Position numbers and translations under genes: made by a program | Notes under the pieces: model-generated | The model's input: only the letters and a program-made list of their open reading frames with translations | What the model was told of the DNA's origin: nothing | The model's database searches: none | Assembly: GCA_965205505.1 (NCBI GenBank) | Contig: CBDBHB010000009.1 | Span: forward strand, 1,984,001 to 2,048,000 | Source of the DNA: Acidobacteriota bacterium | GTDB taxonomy: Bacteria; Acidobacteriota; UBA890; WLXD01 | Direction of reading: 5' to 3' | DNA length: 64,000 nucleotides | Shown here: positions 40,102 to 48,836 of the stretch, in pieces | Position numbering within the stretch: position 1 is the stretch's first letter | Layout: each line of letters opens with the position of its first letter

Positions 40102-40941
40102 CTAACGCCGATCATGCATGAACCTGTGAACGGCTTCCCGGATCTGGTCGTCTTCCGCGTTCAACTTCGAGATGAGGCTGAGGTGGTCGCGGTCTGGGAC
40201 CTCAATCACGGCTACCTCGTTGCTCCCCGCGGCGCGCATGGCTTCAGCGAAGCTATCGTTCTGCCGCCTGCGCCATTCGGCGTCGTGATCGGCGTAGATC
40301 AACAGCATGGGCCCTTTTCCGGCGGCAATGTGCGGCGTGACTGACGCGTTCGACCAGGCGGCGGGATCCTCGCCCCAAACGTCCTTCGGCCGGTCTCTAG
40401 CAGTCTCCTCCACATAGAGAAACGGACTGATTGCAATCGTTCCGCGGATCGCGCTCAACTCCAGATGATGTTGGGCTAGATGGGTGGCGTCGAGCGCCAG
40501 GAGGGCGGCGAGGTAAGCACCAGCCGAATGACCAGCAACGTACACGTTGCTCGGATCACCACCGTTGCGATCGATATTCTCCACGACCCAGGCGAACGCA
40601 GCGGCGGCGTCTTGGACATGGGAGGGGTGCGTCACTCGGGGGGAAAGTCGGTAGTTGGCCGATACCACTCCAATTCCAGCCGGAACGAATCGGTCGGCGA
40701 GCGCCTTCCCCTGGCTCTTGTCCCCGGCGCGGAGGGCTCCACCGTGGTAGAAGACGATGACCGGAGCACGGTCGGCACGATTTGGCATATAGACGTCGAG
40801 TAGGTCTCGGTTGTCTTCGTACTCCGCGTCGAGCCGGTAGTCCAAGTCAGTTGTTGCGACAACCTGCGACTCGGCCGGCGCCGGCCCGAGACCGAGAATC
40901 GCGGCGATCAGGCCGGCCAACGGTGCAACCCAAAGAGTCAT
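40102..40941 (-). CDS. Secreted alpha/beta hydrolase (carboxylesterase-like)
   Basis: LDVY, HGG, NYRLSP and GHSAG motifs. Confidence 0.88.
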   Translation of the reverse strand: MTLWVAPLAGLIAAILGLGPAPAESQVVATTDLDYRLDAEYEDNRDLLDVYMPNRADRAPVIVFYHGGALRAGDKSQGKALADRFVPAGIGVVSANYRLSPRVTHPSHVQDAAAAFAWVVENIDRNGGDPSNVYVAGHSAGAYLAALLALDATHLAQHHLELSAIRGTIAISPFLYVEETARDRPKDVWGEDPAAWSNASVTPHIAAGKGPMLLIYADHDAEWRRRQNDSFAEAMRAAGSNEVAVIEVPDRDHLSLISKLNAEDDQIREAVHRFMHDRR

Positions 40942-41023
40942 AGTCGTACCTCCGCGGACGATCCAGCTGCGCCATCGAAACGGATGACGGTCAACAACGC
41001 CCGCCTCAGCAACGACAGCGCGT

Positions 41024-41060
41024 CCTGAAGCCTATCGTCAGAGCGTCCTTGGTTCCAAGG
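41024..41060 (-). repeat. Motif A copy upstream of the hydrolase-M42-NIPSNAP genes
   Basis: Minus strand TTGGAA-N18-TAGGCT. Confidence 0.75.
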
Positions 41061-41108
41061 AGGGTGGCTCGCCAGGGTCGCGTGAAGATCCTGCGGGGTT
41101 GTCGCTTG

Positions 41109-42443
41109 TCAGGCCGGCTCGAGGCCACACCACTCGGCGATGAACAGTGCGATCGTGCCGGTGACCCGTTTGACGGACGCCAGGCTGACGCGTTTATCGA
41201 ACGCGTGGATGTTCTCCGAGCGGGGGCCATAGACGAGGCACGGACAATCGTCATAGAGCACGAACACGCGGCCGTCGAGGTAGCCGGGCGTAACGAAGCT
41301 TTGCAGCGATGTTCCGAAGGCTCTGATATGGGCATGCGCCAGCGTCTGTTCCGCGTCGGAGCCCTCATCAAGCACATAGCCCTCGGCGAAGAAGCCGTTG
41401 AACTCGACCTCAGGTGGGTTGTTTGCCAGAAACGGAGTGTCGCGCGCCGCCGCTCCAATAGCGTCTTCGATCTCGCGCGCCGCATCGCGCGGATCGGTAC
41501 CAGGGAAGATCGCTATACGGCAATCAAATGTGCACCACGCTGGCACCGACGATGCCCAATCGCCGCCCCGAATCTTGCCGACGTTGAAGTTGATGGGGTG
41601 ATCGAGATCCGCGAAGTGTTGCTTGCCGATCTTGCGCATGTTCCACGCGATTTCGAGCTTCCTCAATGCCTGGATTAGGTGGAGGGAGGCTTCGATCGCG
41701 TTCGTTCCGGTACCGGCCTCGCGGACGTGGGCCGGTCGGCCTCGAACCGACACCTTGAACCAGATCACGCCGACGTTGGCGCGTACCAGCTTCTCGTCCT
41801 CCGGCTCCGGGATGATCGCAGCATCGGCCCGGTAGCCGCGAACCAGGGCCGACAGCGCGCCATTACCCGTGCACTCTTCTTCCGTAACCGACTGGACATG
41901 GACGGTGGCGGCCGGTTGGTAGCCGAGCGCCCGCAAGGCATCCAGGGCAAAGATGTTGGCCGCCAGCCCCGCTTTCATGTCGGCCCCGCCGCGGCCATAG
42001 AGCCAATCGCCGTCGATCCACGGGTCGAACGGCGGCCTCGTCCACATATCAACAGGTCCTGTGGGGACGACATCGACGTGGCCGTTGAGGATCAGCGAGC
42101 GACCGGTTTCCTCCCGCGGGCGATGTGTGCCCACCACATTGATCGCGTTGTCGTAGTCGACCTTGACCGGTGAGAAGCCAGGATGCTGCGCGATGTCGGC
42201 GACATCGATTGCCCAGCGGTCCATCGTAAGCGCACGCTCCGCCAGCTGCTGGAAGATGAAATCCTGACAGGTGTGCTCGTGGCCGCGCAGCGATGGATGG
42301 CGGATCAGGTCCTGAGTAAAGACGGTTTGTGCCTCGAAGCTGGCCTCGACGGCGGCGAGGATATCGGCGGCGAGCTTGTCGTCGATGGTCGGGGGAGCCA
42401 CTTCGCTCAACTCGGCTCCCAACCCCGTGTGCTCATGCCGCAT
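41109..42443 (-). CDS. ArgE/DapE-family deacylase (M20)
   Basis: NGHVDVVP, GRGGADMKAG, EEECTGNG and NIH motifs. Start uncertain. Confidence 0.9.
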   Translation of the reverse strand: MRHEHTGLGAELSEVAPPTIDDKLAADILAAVEASFEAQTVFTQDLIRHPSLRGHEHTCQDFIFQQLAERALTMDRWAIDVADIAQHPGFSPVKVDYDNAINVVGTHRPREETGRSLILNGHVDVVPTGPVDMWTRPPFDPWIDGDWLYGRGGADMKAGLAANIFALDALRALGYQPAATVHVQSVTEEECTGNGALSALVRGYRADAAIIPEPEDEKLVRANVGVIWFKVSVRGRPAHVREAGTGTNAIEASLHLIQALRKLEIAWNMRKIGKQHFADLDHPINFNVGKIRGGDWASSVPAWCTFDCRIAIFPGTDPRDAAREIEDAIGAAARDTPFLANNPPEVEFNGFFAEGYVLDEGSDAEQTLAHAHIRAFGTSLQSFVTPGYLDGRVFVLYDDCPCLVYGPRSENIHAFDKRVSLASVKRVTGTIALFIAEWCGLEPA

Positions 42444-43440
42444 CCCGCCTCACCGGTAACGTGATGCACCGGATGGCGCCGCCCCAGAAACCGATCGCGT
42501 CGCATGGGGCTGGAAGCGGTTCCACGCCATGCTTGTCGAGGATGTCCATGATTCGGCCGAATCGTGGGTTGATCATGTAATGGCTGTCGTCGAGGCTGAT
42601 GCCGACGGTGGCGTGCGCGTCCATTTCCTCTCGCGTGATCTCCAGCACCTCCCAATCCTCGAGCGGTTCGGGTAACCCCTCCTCGAGGGCTGGTAGATGG
42701 GCCATGAGCAGACCCTCGCGCAGCAGGCACACGACGCCGAGCGCATGAAGTATTCTGCCCTTTATCGGCATGGGGTGCACGCTGTAGCCGAAGTCTCCGA
42801 TGTAGCGGGCGAGCCAGTCGACGCCAGCGCGGTCCGAGCACAGATCACCGACCCCGACAATGACATCATGGTCGTGGATCAGAATATCGCCGCCCTCCAG
42901 GAACGGCCCCGGTCCTTCATCCGGCGGTGTCCAAGGGCCCGATGTCGGCATGGCCACGTAGTGGGCCTCGGGATCGGCCTCGATCATCGGCAAGATCAGG
43001 TCGCGCAGCGGGAAAACCTCTTTGCGGCGATAGGCGCGTCGGATCGAAACCTCTATGTAGTGCTTCCCGATGACGAACACCGGGTCGGCGACATAGAGTT
43101 GGGAATGGCCTCGTTGCAGGTGGTCAAGGTAGAGGACTTCCTCGCGCGCATAGGGGCGCACGCGATGCACCGTTATGCCGAATCGCTCATAGGTCGCGGC
43201 GATGCCGTCCATCTGCTCGACGGTGGCTTGCCAACGCTCGGGAAACGCCGCCGTGATCTCGAGCGGCTTGCCGTTATTGTTGATCAGGGCGGCGCGCAGT
43301 TCCTCGTTGTAGTGACTGAGGTCTTTGGAGAACGGCGGCAGAGTCAGCCCGTCTGCGATGCCGACCACCACCTCGCGCAGCTTGCCGAACTCGCCGTGCG
43401 AGCCGAAACCGGACGCTTGCATCCCGACGTCGATTGCCAT
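42433..43440 (-). CDS. Amidinotransferase/arginine deiminase (pentein) superfamily protein
   Basis: EFGKLREVVVG, LEGGD and C-terminal GGAIRCIT (catalytic Cys). Confidence 0.82.
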   Translation of the reverse strand: MAIDVGMQASGFGSHGEFGKLREVVVGIADGLTLPPFSKDLSHYNEELRAALINNNGKPLEITAAFPERWQATVEQMDGIAATYERFGITVHRVRPYAREEVLYLDHLQRGHSQLYVADPVFVIGKHYIEVSIRRAYRRKEVFPLRDLILPMIEADPEAHYVAMPTSGPWTPPDEGPGPFLEGGDILIHDHDVIVGVGDLCSDRAGVDWLARYIGDFGYSVHPMPIKGRILHALGVVCLLREGLLMAHLPALEEGLPEPLEDWEVLEITREEMDAHATVGISLDDSHYMINPRFGRIMDILDKHGVEPLPAPCDAIGFWGGAIRCITLPVRRDAA

Positions 43441-43501
43441 GTATTCTCCGAGGCTCGTGCAGTGCCAATGAACGTCATAACGACGGGGGGCGCAAGCGGG
43501 C

Positions 43502-43696
43502 ATGCAGCCGAATCTCGACGTATTTCTGCTGTTCTTCAATGCCGTGCTGAGCGTGGCGCTGGTGGCGGGAGTCGTGGTCGCGATCCTGCGCCGGGAGTAC
43601 CTCCCGGTGATCCGACGCCTGGAGGCTGCCGAGTTGGCGCAGTCCCTCGGGGAGGCAGGGGCCGGGCGCAGCGGAATCGCTGAGGACGACAAGTAG
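43502..43696 (+). CDS. Small single-TM hypothetical protein
   Basis: 64 aa with one hydrophobic helix; stop overlaps the next start (TAGTG). Confidence 0.5.
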   Translation: MQPNLDVFLLFFNAVLSVALVAGVVVAILRREYLPVIRRLEAAELAQSLGEAGAGRSGIAEDDK

Positions 43697-44019
43697 TGGC
43701 GACTACTGTCTTCTTCTTGACGCTGACCATTGACATCATTGTTGGCGCGCGCTCGTCGCGAGACGCGTCAAGAGCAGTGACGATTTCCGTCATGGGTGAG
43801 CGAGCCTCCACGCTCCTCATCGTGGGCACCCTTGCCGCGACTTATCTCAGCGTCGTTACCCTGAGTGCCTCGGCCAGAACCATCCAGACCATCCTTGCCA
43901 GACCCGATGGCTTGGTGGAGCTCCGGCGCGAGTACCGCAGCGTATGCACGATCGCGGCGGTGTTCTTGACGCTCGCCGTGCTGATTTGGGGGTATCTCTT
44001 CGTGAACCTGGGACTCTAG
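43696..44019 (+). CDS. Small membrane hypothetical protein
   Basis: Three hydrophobic segments; coupled to the previous ORF and directly before the BCCT gene. Confidence 0.5.
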   Translation: MATTVFFLTLTIDIIVGARSSRDASRAVTISVMGERASTLLIVGTLAATYLSVVTLSASARTIQTILARPDGLVELRREYRSVCTIAAVFLTLAVLIWGYLFVNLGL

Positions 44020-44053
44020 CAGGGTGCTAAGAAACTCCGCTAAGGAGCAAGCC

Positions 44054-45595
44054 GTGGACCCCAGCGACGGTGCGTCGGCGCCGCAGATCGACCGCGTCAT
44101 GCTCGCGGTCGTGCTGCTGGTCGTCGGCTCCACGTGCATCCCCCTGGGTCTCATGCCGGAGCGGGCGGGTGCCTTCGTCTCCGAGCTCTACGATGGTCTG
44201 ACGAGCAACTTCGGCTTCCTGTACCAGTGGTTTGCCGTCGGCGTGATCGGCTTCTTGGCGTGGCTGGCGTTCGGACGCTTCGGATCGGTGCGTCTGGGGG
44301 CCGAGCACGAGGAACCGGATTTTTCGACGTTCTCCTGGGCTGGCATGTTGTTTTGTGCCGGAACCGGAGCCGCGTTGCTGTCTTGGGGGGCGGTGGAATG
44401 GGTTGCCTATTACAACAACCCACCCTTCGGCGCAGAGCCTCGTTCCGCCGAGGCCCTCAGTTGGGCGACTGCCTATGGTCCGTTCCACTGGGGGGTGGTC
44501 GCGTGGTGTATCTACGCGTTGCCGACGGTGGCGATCGCCTATCCGTTCTACGTCAATCGGGTACCGCATCTATGCGCCAGCACGGCATGTTGCGGGCTGC
44601 TGGGGCCGGACGCGCATCGGAGCCTCTTCGGCCGATTGGTGAACCTCGCCGCCGTACTCGGAATCCTCGGCGGCGCCGGCACCTCGCTGGGCTTCATTGC
44701 CCCCTTGATCGCCGCGACCGTTGCCGAGCTCTTCGGCGTCGCCACCTTGTTCGCCCTGGAGGGTCTCGCGATGGCGATCTGCGTGGCGCTGTTCGGTGCC
44801 AGCGTGTACCTGGGCCTGGAGGCGGGGATCAAGCGGCTCAGCGATTTGAATGTGACGCTGTTCGGGCTTCTTCTGACGTACATCTTCGTCGTCGGGCCGA
44901 CATTGTTCATCCTCAAGCTATCGACCGAGACGCTGGGGTTTATGACGGCGAACTTCGTCCGCATGCTCACCTGGACGGATCCGGTCCGGGATGCCGGCTT
45001 CGTGGAGTCGTGGACCGTTTTCTACTGGGCTTGGTGGATCGCCTTCGCGCCGGTGGTGGGCACCTTCGTGACTCGTATCTCGCGCGGGCGTACGCTTCGT
45101 CAGGTGATTCTGGGGATGACCTGCCTGGGCAGCGCCGGCTGTTGGGTCTTCTTTTTTATTCTGGGCAACTACGCGCTCTTTTTGGAGATTGAGGGCCTCC
45201 TGCCGGTGAGCGACATCCTCGCCGAAGCGGGCATGAGCGTGGCGACGGCCAAGATCCTTGCTTCGCTTCCGGCAGGCACCGTGGCGCTGGCGACCATGGC
45301 CGTGGTGAGCATCGTGTCTGCCGCCACGAGCTATGACTCAGCGTCCTACACGATCGCTGCGACGGTGACCCAGGAGCTCGATGCGGCCGAGAACCCGGGT
45401 CGAGCGCACCGGTTGTTCTGGGCGCTCGTGCTCGGTACGTTGCCGCTGTTCATGCTGTTCGTCGGCGGCCTGCAGATCATACGGCTGGCGGCACTCCTGG
45501 CGTCGTTTCCGATCTTGTTCGCCGGCGTGGCGATGGCCGTGTCGCTGACGAAATCGCTCCGCGCCGACGAACGAGCACCGACGCCGCCGCGGTAG
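44054..45595 (+). CDS. BCCT family transporter
   Basis: SWAGMLFCAG, FHWG, GIKRLS, WTVFYWAWW and RISRGRT motifs; AAGGAG RBS. Confidence 0.93.
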   Translation: MDPSDGASAPQIDRVMLAVVLLVVGSTCIPLGLMPERAGAFVSELYDGLTSNFGFLYQWFAVGVIGFLAWLAFGRFGSVRLGAEHEEPDFSTFSWAGMLFCAGTGAALLSWGAVEWVAYYNNPPFGAEPRSAEALSWATAYGPFHWGVVAWCIYALPTVAIAYPFYVNRVPHLCASTACCGLLGPDAHRSLFGRLVNLAAVLGILGGAGTSLGFIAPLIAATVAELFGVATLFALEGLAMAICVALFGASVYLGLEAGIKRLSDLNVTLFGLLLTYIFVVGPTLFILKLSTETLGFMTANFVRMLTWTDPVRDAGFVESWTVFYWAWWIAFAPVVGTFVTRISRGRTLRQVILGMTCLGSAGCWVFFFILGNYALFLEIEGLLPVSDILAEAGMSVATAKILASLPAGTVALATMAVVSIVSAATSYDSASYTIAATVTQELDAAENPGRAHRLFWALVLGTLPLFMLFVGGLQIIRLAALLASFPILFAGVAMAVSLTKSLRADERAPTPPR

Positions 45596-45617
45596 GCGCG
45601 GCCGGGTCCCGCGAACG

Positions 45618-46466
45618 TCAGAGCTCCATCGCTCGCGTCATGTCGAAGCCGCCATCGATCTTGATATTCTGCCGCACGATATAATCGTTCAGAGGCGACA
45701 CCAGGAACAGAATCAGGTTGGCAATGTCGAGCCCATCGGCGCGCCTCCCTCGTGGGATGCTCTCGGAGATCTGCCGTTCGACATCCCCGACGGAGGCTCC
45801 TTTTACGCTCGCGTACCATTCCAGCTCGTGCTCGCCGATCTGAGTAGCCACCCAGCCTGGCGTGATCGAGTTCACCAGAATGTGCTCCGGCGCGAATTCC
45901 TGGGCAACCGCCTCGGTCATCGACCACAGCGCGGCTTTGCTGGCAATGTAGGCGCCGTAGCCGGCGCCGCCGGTGAACGAAGTCACGACGTTGACGATTC
46001 TGCCGCCCCCGACCTTGCGCATCTCGGGTATCGCGGCGCGCATGGTGTAAAAGGGCCCCTTCGCGTTCACTGCGAAGGTCTTGTCCCATGCCGCCTCGGG
46101 AATCTCTAGAAACGGCCCGGTCCCCACTGTGGTGGCCGCGCAGTTCACCAGAATATCGAGTCGGCCGAACGTATCGACGGTTGCCCGAACGAGTTTCTCG
46201 ACGTCGTCGCGGCGCGTAAGGTCACAGCAAACGGCCAGGGCTCGGTCACCGATCGTTTCGACGAGGTCGTCGAGATGGGCCTTGGATCCGAGCGCCGAGT
46301 TGGCCTCCGGCGTGCGCTCGCCGAGGTCTTCGGCGTAGAGGTGGCAGATGTCGGTGACGACGACCGCTGCGCCTTCCTGCGCCAGCTTGAGAGCCGACGC
46401 CTCGCCCATGCCGCGCGCTCGCCCGCACCCCGTGATCAAGGCAACTTTGTCCTCAAGGATTCCCAT
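45618..46466 (-). CDS. SDR family oxidoreductase
   Basis: ITGCGRARGMG, GRLDILVN, YIASK and IDGG motifs. Confidence 0.9.
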   Translation of the reverse strand: MGILEDKVALITGCGRARGMGEASALKLAQEGAAVVVTDICHLYAEDLGERTPEANSALGSKAHLDDLVETIGDRALAVCCDLTRRDDVEKLVRATVDTFGRLDILVNCAATTVGTGPFLEIPEAAWDKTFAVNAKGPFYTMRAAIPEMRKVGGGRIVNVVTSFTGGAGYGAYIASKAALWSMTEAVAQEFAPEHILVNSITPGWVATQIGEHELEWYASVKGASVGDVERQISESIPRGRRADGLDIANLILFLVSPLNDYIVRQNIKIDGGFDMTRAMEL

Positions 46467-46887
46467 ATCGGTCTGGCCTCCAAGTCGTACAGCAGTGTGC
46501 TGTTGCTATTCTCGGTGCGACTCTGCTGGCAGGTCGCTTCGCCGGGAGACTCGGCTGAGGAAGCTACGGCTCGGTCGGCACGGGCCGTTTCAGTTGGACC
46601 TAGCGAACCAGCCGGGATTCTACTCGCATGGATGCGCGAGCAAAACTGGAAGGTTCACCAGGTAGCCTCAACGGTCACTGTTTGGACTCGACCCCGCCTA
46701 GTGCTCCTGATCATAAGTGCGGTGACGTTTGTGGCGCGCGCGACCGAGGCGAATTGTAGGAGCGGCGACGAGGGCGATGCTGGGTGTATCGTCGAGGCGC
46801 CGCGACGCCCAAGGTGGCCGGTCCCGCGGCCACCCGGAGGGCAGGGGCGGTCTCCCTGTACAGTACGTAGAACGTCGTTCGTGCCGC

Positions 46888-48582
46888 CTATACGCCCTCG
46901 GCCTTGCTGCAACGACGAGGATCGCCGCAGGCAGTCATCGTGCCCGAGCCCGATTCGAAGTGAATTCCTTCGAAGGAACCGTGGTAGAGACTCCAGGGAT
47001 TGATGACATCGAAGTCGATGCCCCGCTGCTCCACGGCCTCGCGGACATGCGCATCATAGTTCTTCTCGATCGTGATGCCGCGGTCGCCGACCGGTCCCCC
47101 GTAGCGCGGACGATTCACCGATTCCTCGATCGGCATCGCGAAGTCCATGATGTTGACGGCGTTCTGGAGCATGCACTGGGAGAGGCTCCGGCTCGGCGAC
47201 CCGCCGGCGAGAAAAGGTGCCCCGTCCTTGAACACGATCATGCCGCCGGGCCCCACGAGCCCGCGCTCGCCCGGACTGCCACCATAAATTCGCAACGAGC
47301 ACAGGTTGACGCCATTCACCCACAGACCGGTTTCGAAAGGAGCCTGGTTAGATGAGTGCACCAGGCAGGCGACGTTTCCTTGTTCGTCCGCCACGGTCAC
47401 GGCGCACGTGTCTTCGGGCAGGGCGCCGAACGACGTGTCTGACGCTAGCTGCCCGGTCTGCAGCTGCTCGAGTCGACGGCGCGCCAGCTCCTCCGGGTCG
47501 AGGTCGCTCGTATCCTGCCTGCGGTAATCGCCTTCGACGATCGTCAAGCTGCGGATCATCTGGTACATGGTCTCCGGCGATTCCGTCGGCGGGCCCTGCG
47601 CCGGGATATCCAGCAACTCCAGAACGTCCAGGGTCTCGGTGATCACCGGCAGGGAGTAGCCGTTGAAGGTGCGGTAGGCGCGCGGCAGCGCGCGAACCTC
47701 GAACCCCCGGTAGGTGCTCGAAGCCACTTCTGCGGTCGTCGCCTCGTAGCGCTCCATATCCTGGCGGGTGACGTTGCGGCCGCCTGCCTGGGAGATTCGG
47801 CAGAACTCCTCGGCAAAGTTGCCCCGGTAGAAGTATTCGTTACCTCGTTCGGCGAGCTGCTCGAGCGTATCCGCGGCCTCCACCTGGTAGAGCATCTCGC
47901 CCGGTTGAGGAATGGCACTGTTGGGCATGTAGATCCTCAGTCCCGCGTCGGAGCGGCCGATCTTCTCGGACTCCATGAAGATCTCTCCCCAGAGGAACGG
48001 ATGGGTCTCGAACCCCTCGCGAGCGTAACGGATGGCCGGGGCCATGAGCTCTTTCTTCGACTTCGTACCGAAACGCGAGAGTGATTCCTCGAAGCCGGCC
48101 CAGAACCCTGGCACACCGACTCCCCCCCATGTATCGGGAGTGCCGTCTGCTTCCTCGGCTCCAAGCGGTACATTGGCACTGCCGTCGACATACATCGTCT
48201 CGCCGCTCGCAGCTTCGTAGTACGTCAACGTCAAGTAGCCAGTAACACCCACCAGGTGCGGCTGGATGACGGTCTGCGTGATGGCGACGCAGAGCGCTGC
48301 GTCGCAGGCGTTGCCGCCGGACTTCAGGACATTGACGGCTTCGCGCGTGGCCAGCGGATGAGAGGTGATCGCCATGCCCGTCCTGCTCTGCGCGGGCGTC
48401 TTGCGACCGAACTGAGCTTCAGCGATGAGCTCCTTCCGCTTCTGGTCACCGATTTCGTATACGCCCTGCAGGGAGGCCGGATCCCGTCTGACGTTTGATT
48501 TCGAGAGACCAAACTCGCCGACTCCCGCTACGGCAGCGCCGGCGAACGCGTTCCTGAGAAAAGCTCTTCGATCGTGCTGCAT
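46888..48582 (-). CDS. Tat-exported gamma-glutamyltransferase family protein
   Basis: DRRAFL Tat motif; GGNACDAA, GVPG, PAIRYAREGF, and DT (nucleophile) followed by DEQGN. Confidence 0.85.
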   Translation of the reverse strand: MQHDRRAFLRNAFAGAAVAGVGEFGLSKSNVRRDPASLQGVYEIGDQKRKELIAEAQFGRKTPAQSRTGMAITSHPLATREAVNVLKSGGNACDAALCVAITQTVIQPHLVGVTGYLTLTYYEAASGETMYVDGSANVPLGAEEADGTPDTWGGVGVPGFWAGFEESLSRFGTKSKKELMAPAIRYAREGFETHPFLWGEIFMESEKIGRSDAGLRIYMPNSAIPQPGEMLYQVEAADTLEQLAERGNEYFYRGNFAEEFCRISQAGGRNVTRQDMERYEATTAEVASSTYRGFEVRALPRAYRTFNGYSLPVITETLDVLELLDIPAQGPPTESPETMYQMIRSLTIVEGDYRRQDTSDLDPEELARRRLEQLQTGQLASDTSFGALPEDTCAVTVADEQGNVACLVHSSNQAPFETGLWVNGVNLCSLRIYGGSPGERGLVGPGGMIVFKDGAPFLAGGSPSRSLSQCMLQNAVNIMDFAMPIEESVNRPRYGGPVGDRGITIEKNYDAHVREAVEQRGIDFDVINPWSLYHGSFEGIHFESGSGTMTACGDPRRCSKAEGV

Positions 48583-48748
48583 CAGCTTTATCCCTCCGGG
48601 CTGGAGATCCTCACTCCGATAGCGCTGATCGAGGTCGGTTGTCTCAGCGTCCCATCAGCATTTCAGGCGGTACTTCCTCTCAACGACTTGGAGAAAGCCC
48701 GCAGCCAATGCTGCACCGACCCCACCGAGCACGAGCGACAAGAACGTC

Positions 48749-48783
48749 TGAAGCTTGTGGCCGCGGGAGGCGAGATCCAACGG
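48749..48783 (-). repeat. Motif A copy (degenerate) upstream of the GGT gene
   Basis: TGAAGC...CGAGATCCAACGG; minus strand TTGGAT-N17-CAAGCT. Confidence 0.65.
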
Positions 48784-48836
48784 GTGGAACCTGACAGCGC
48801 TCCGGCGCGGTTCACGACTACGTGGACACCGACAGT

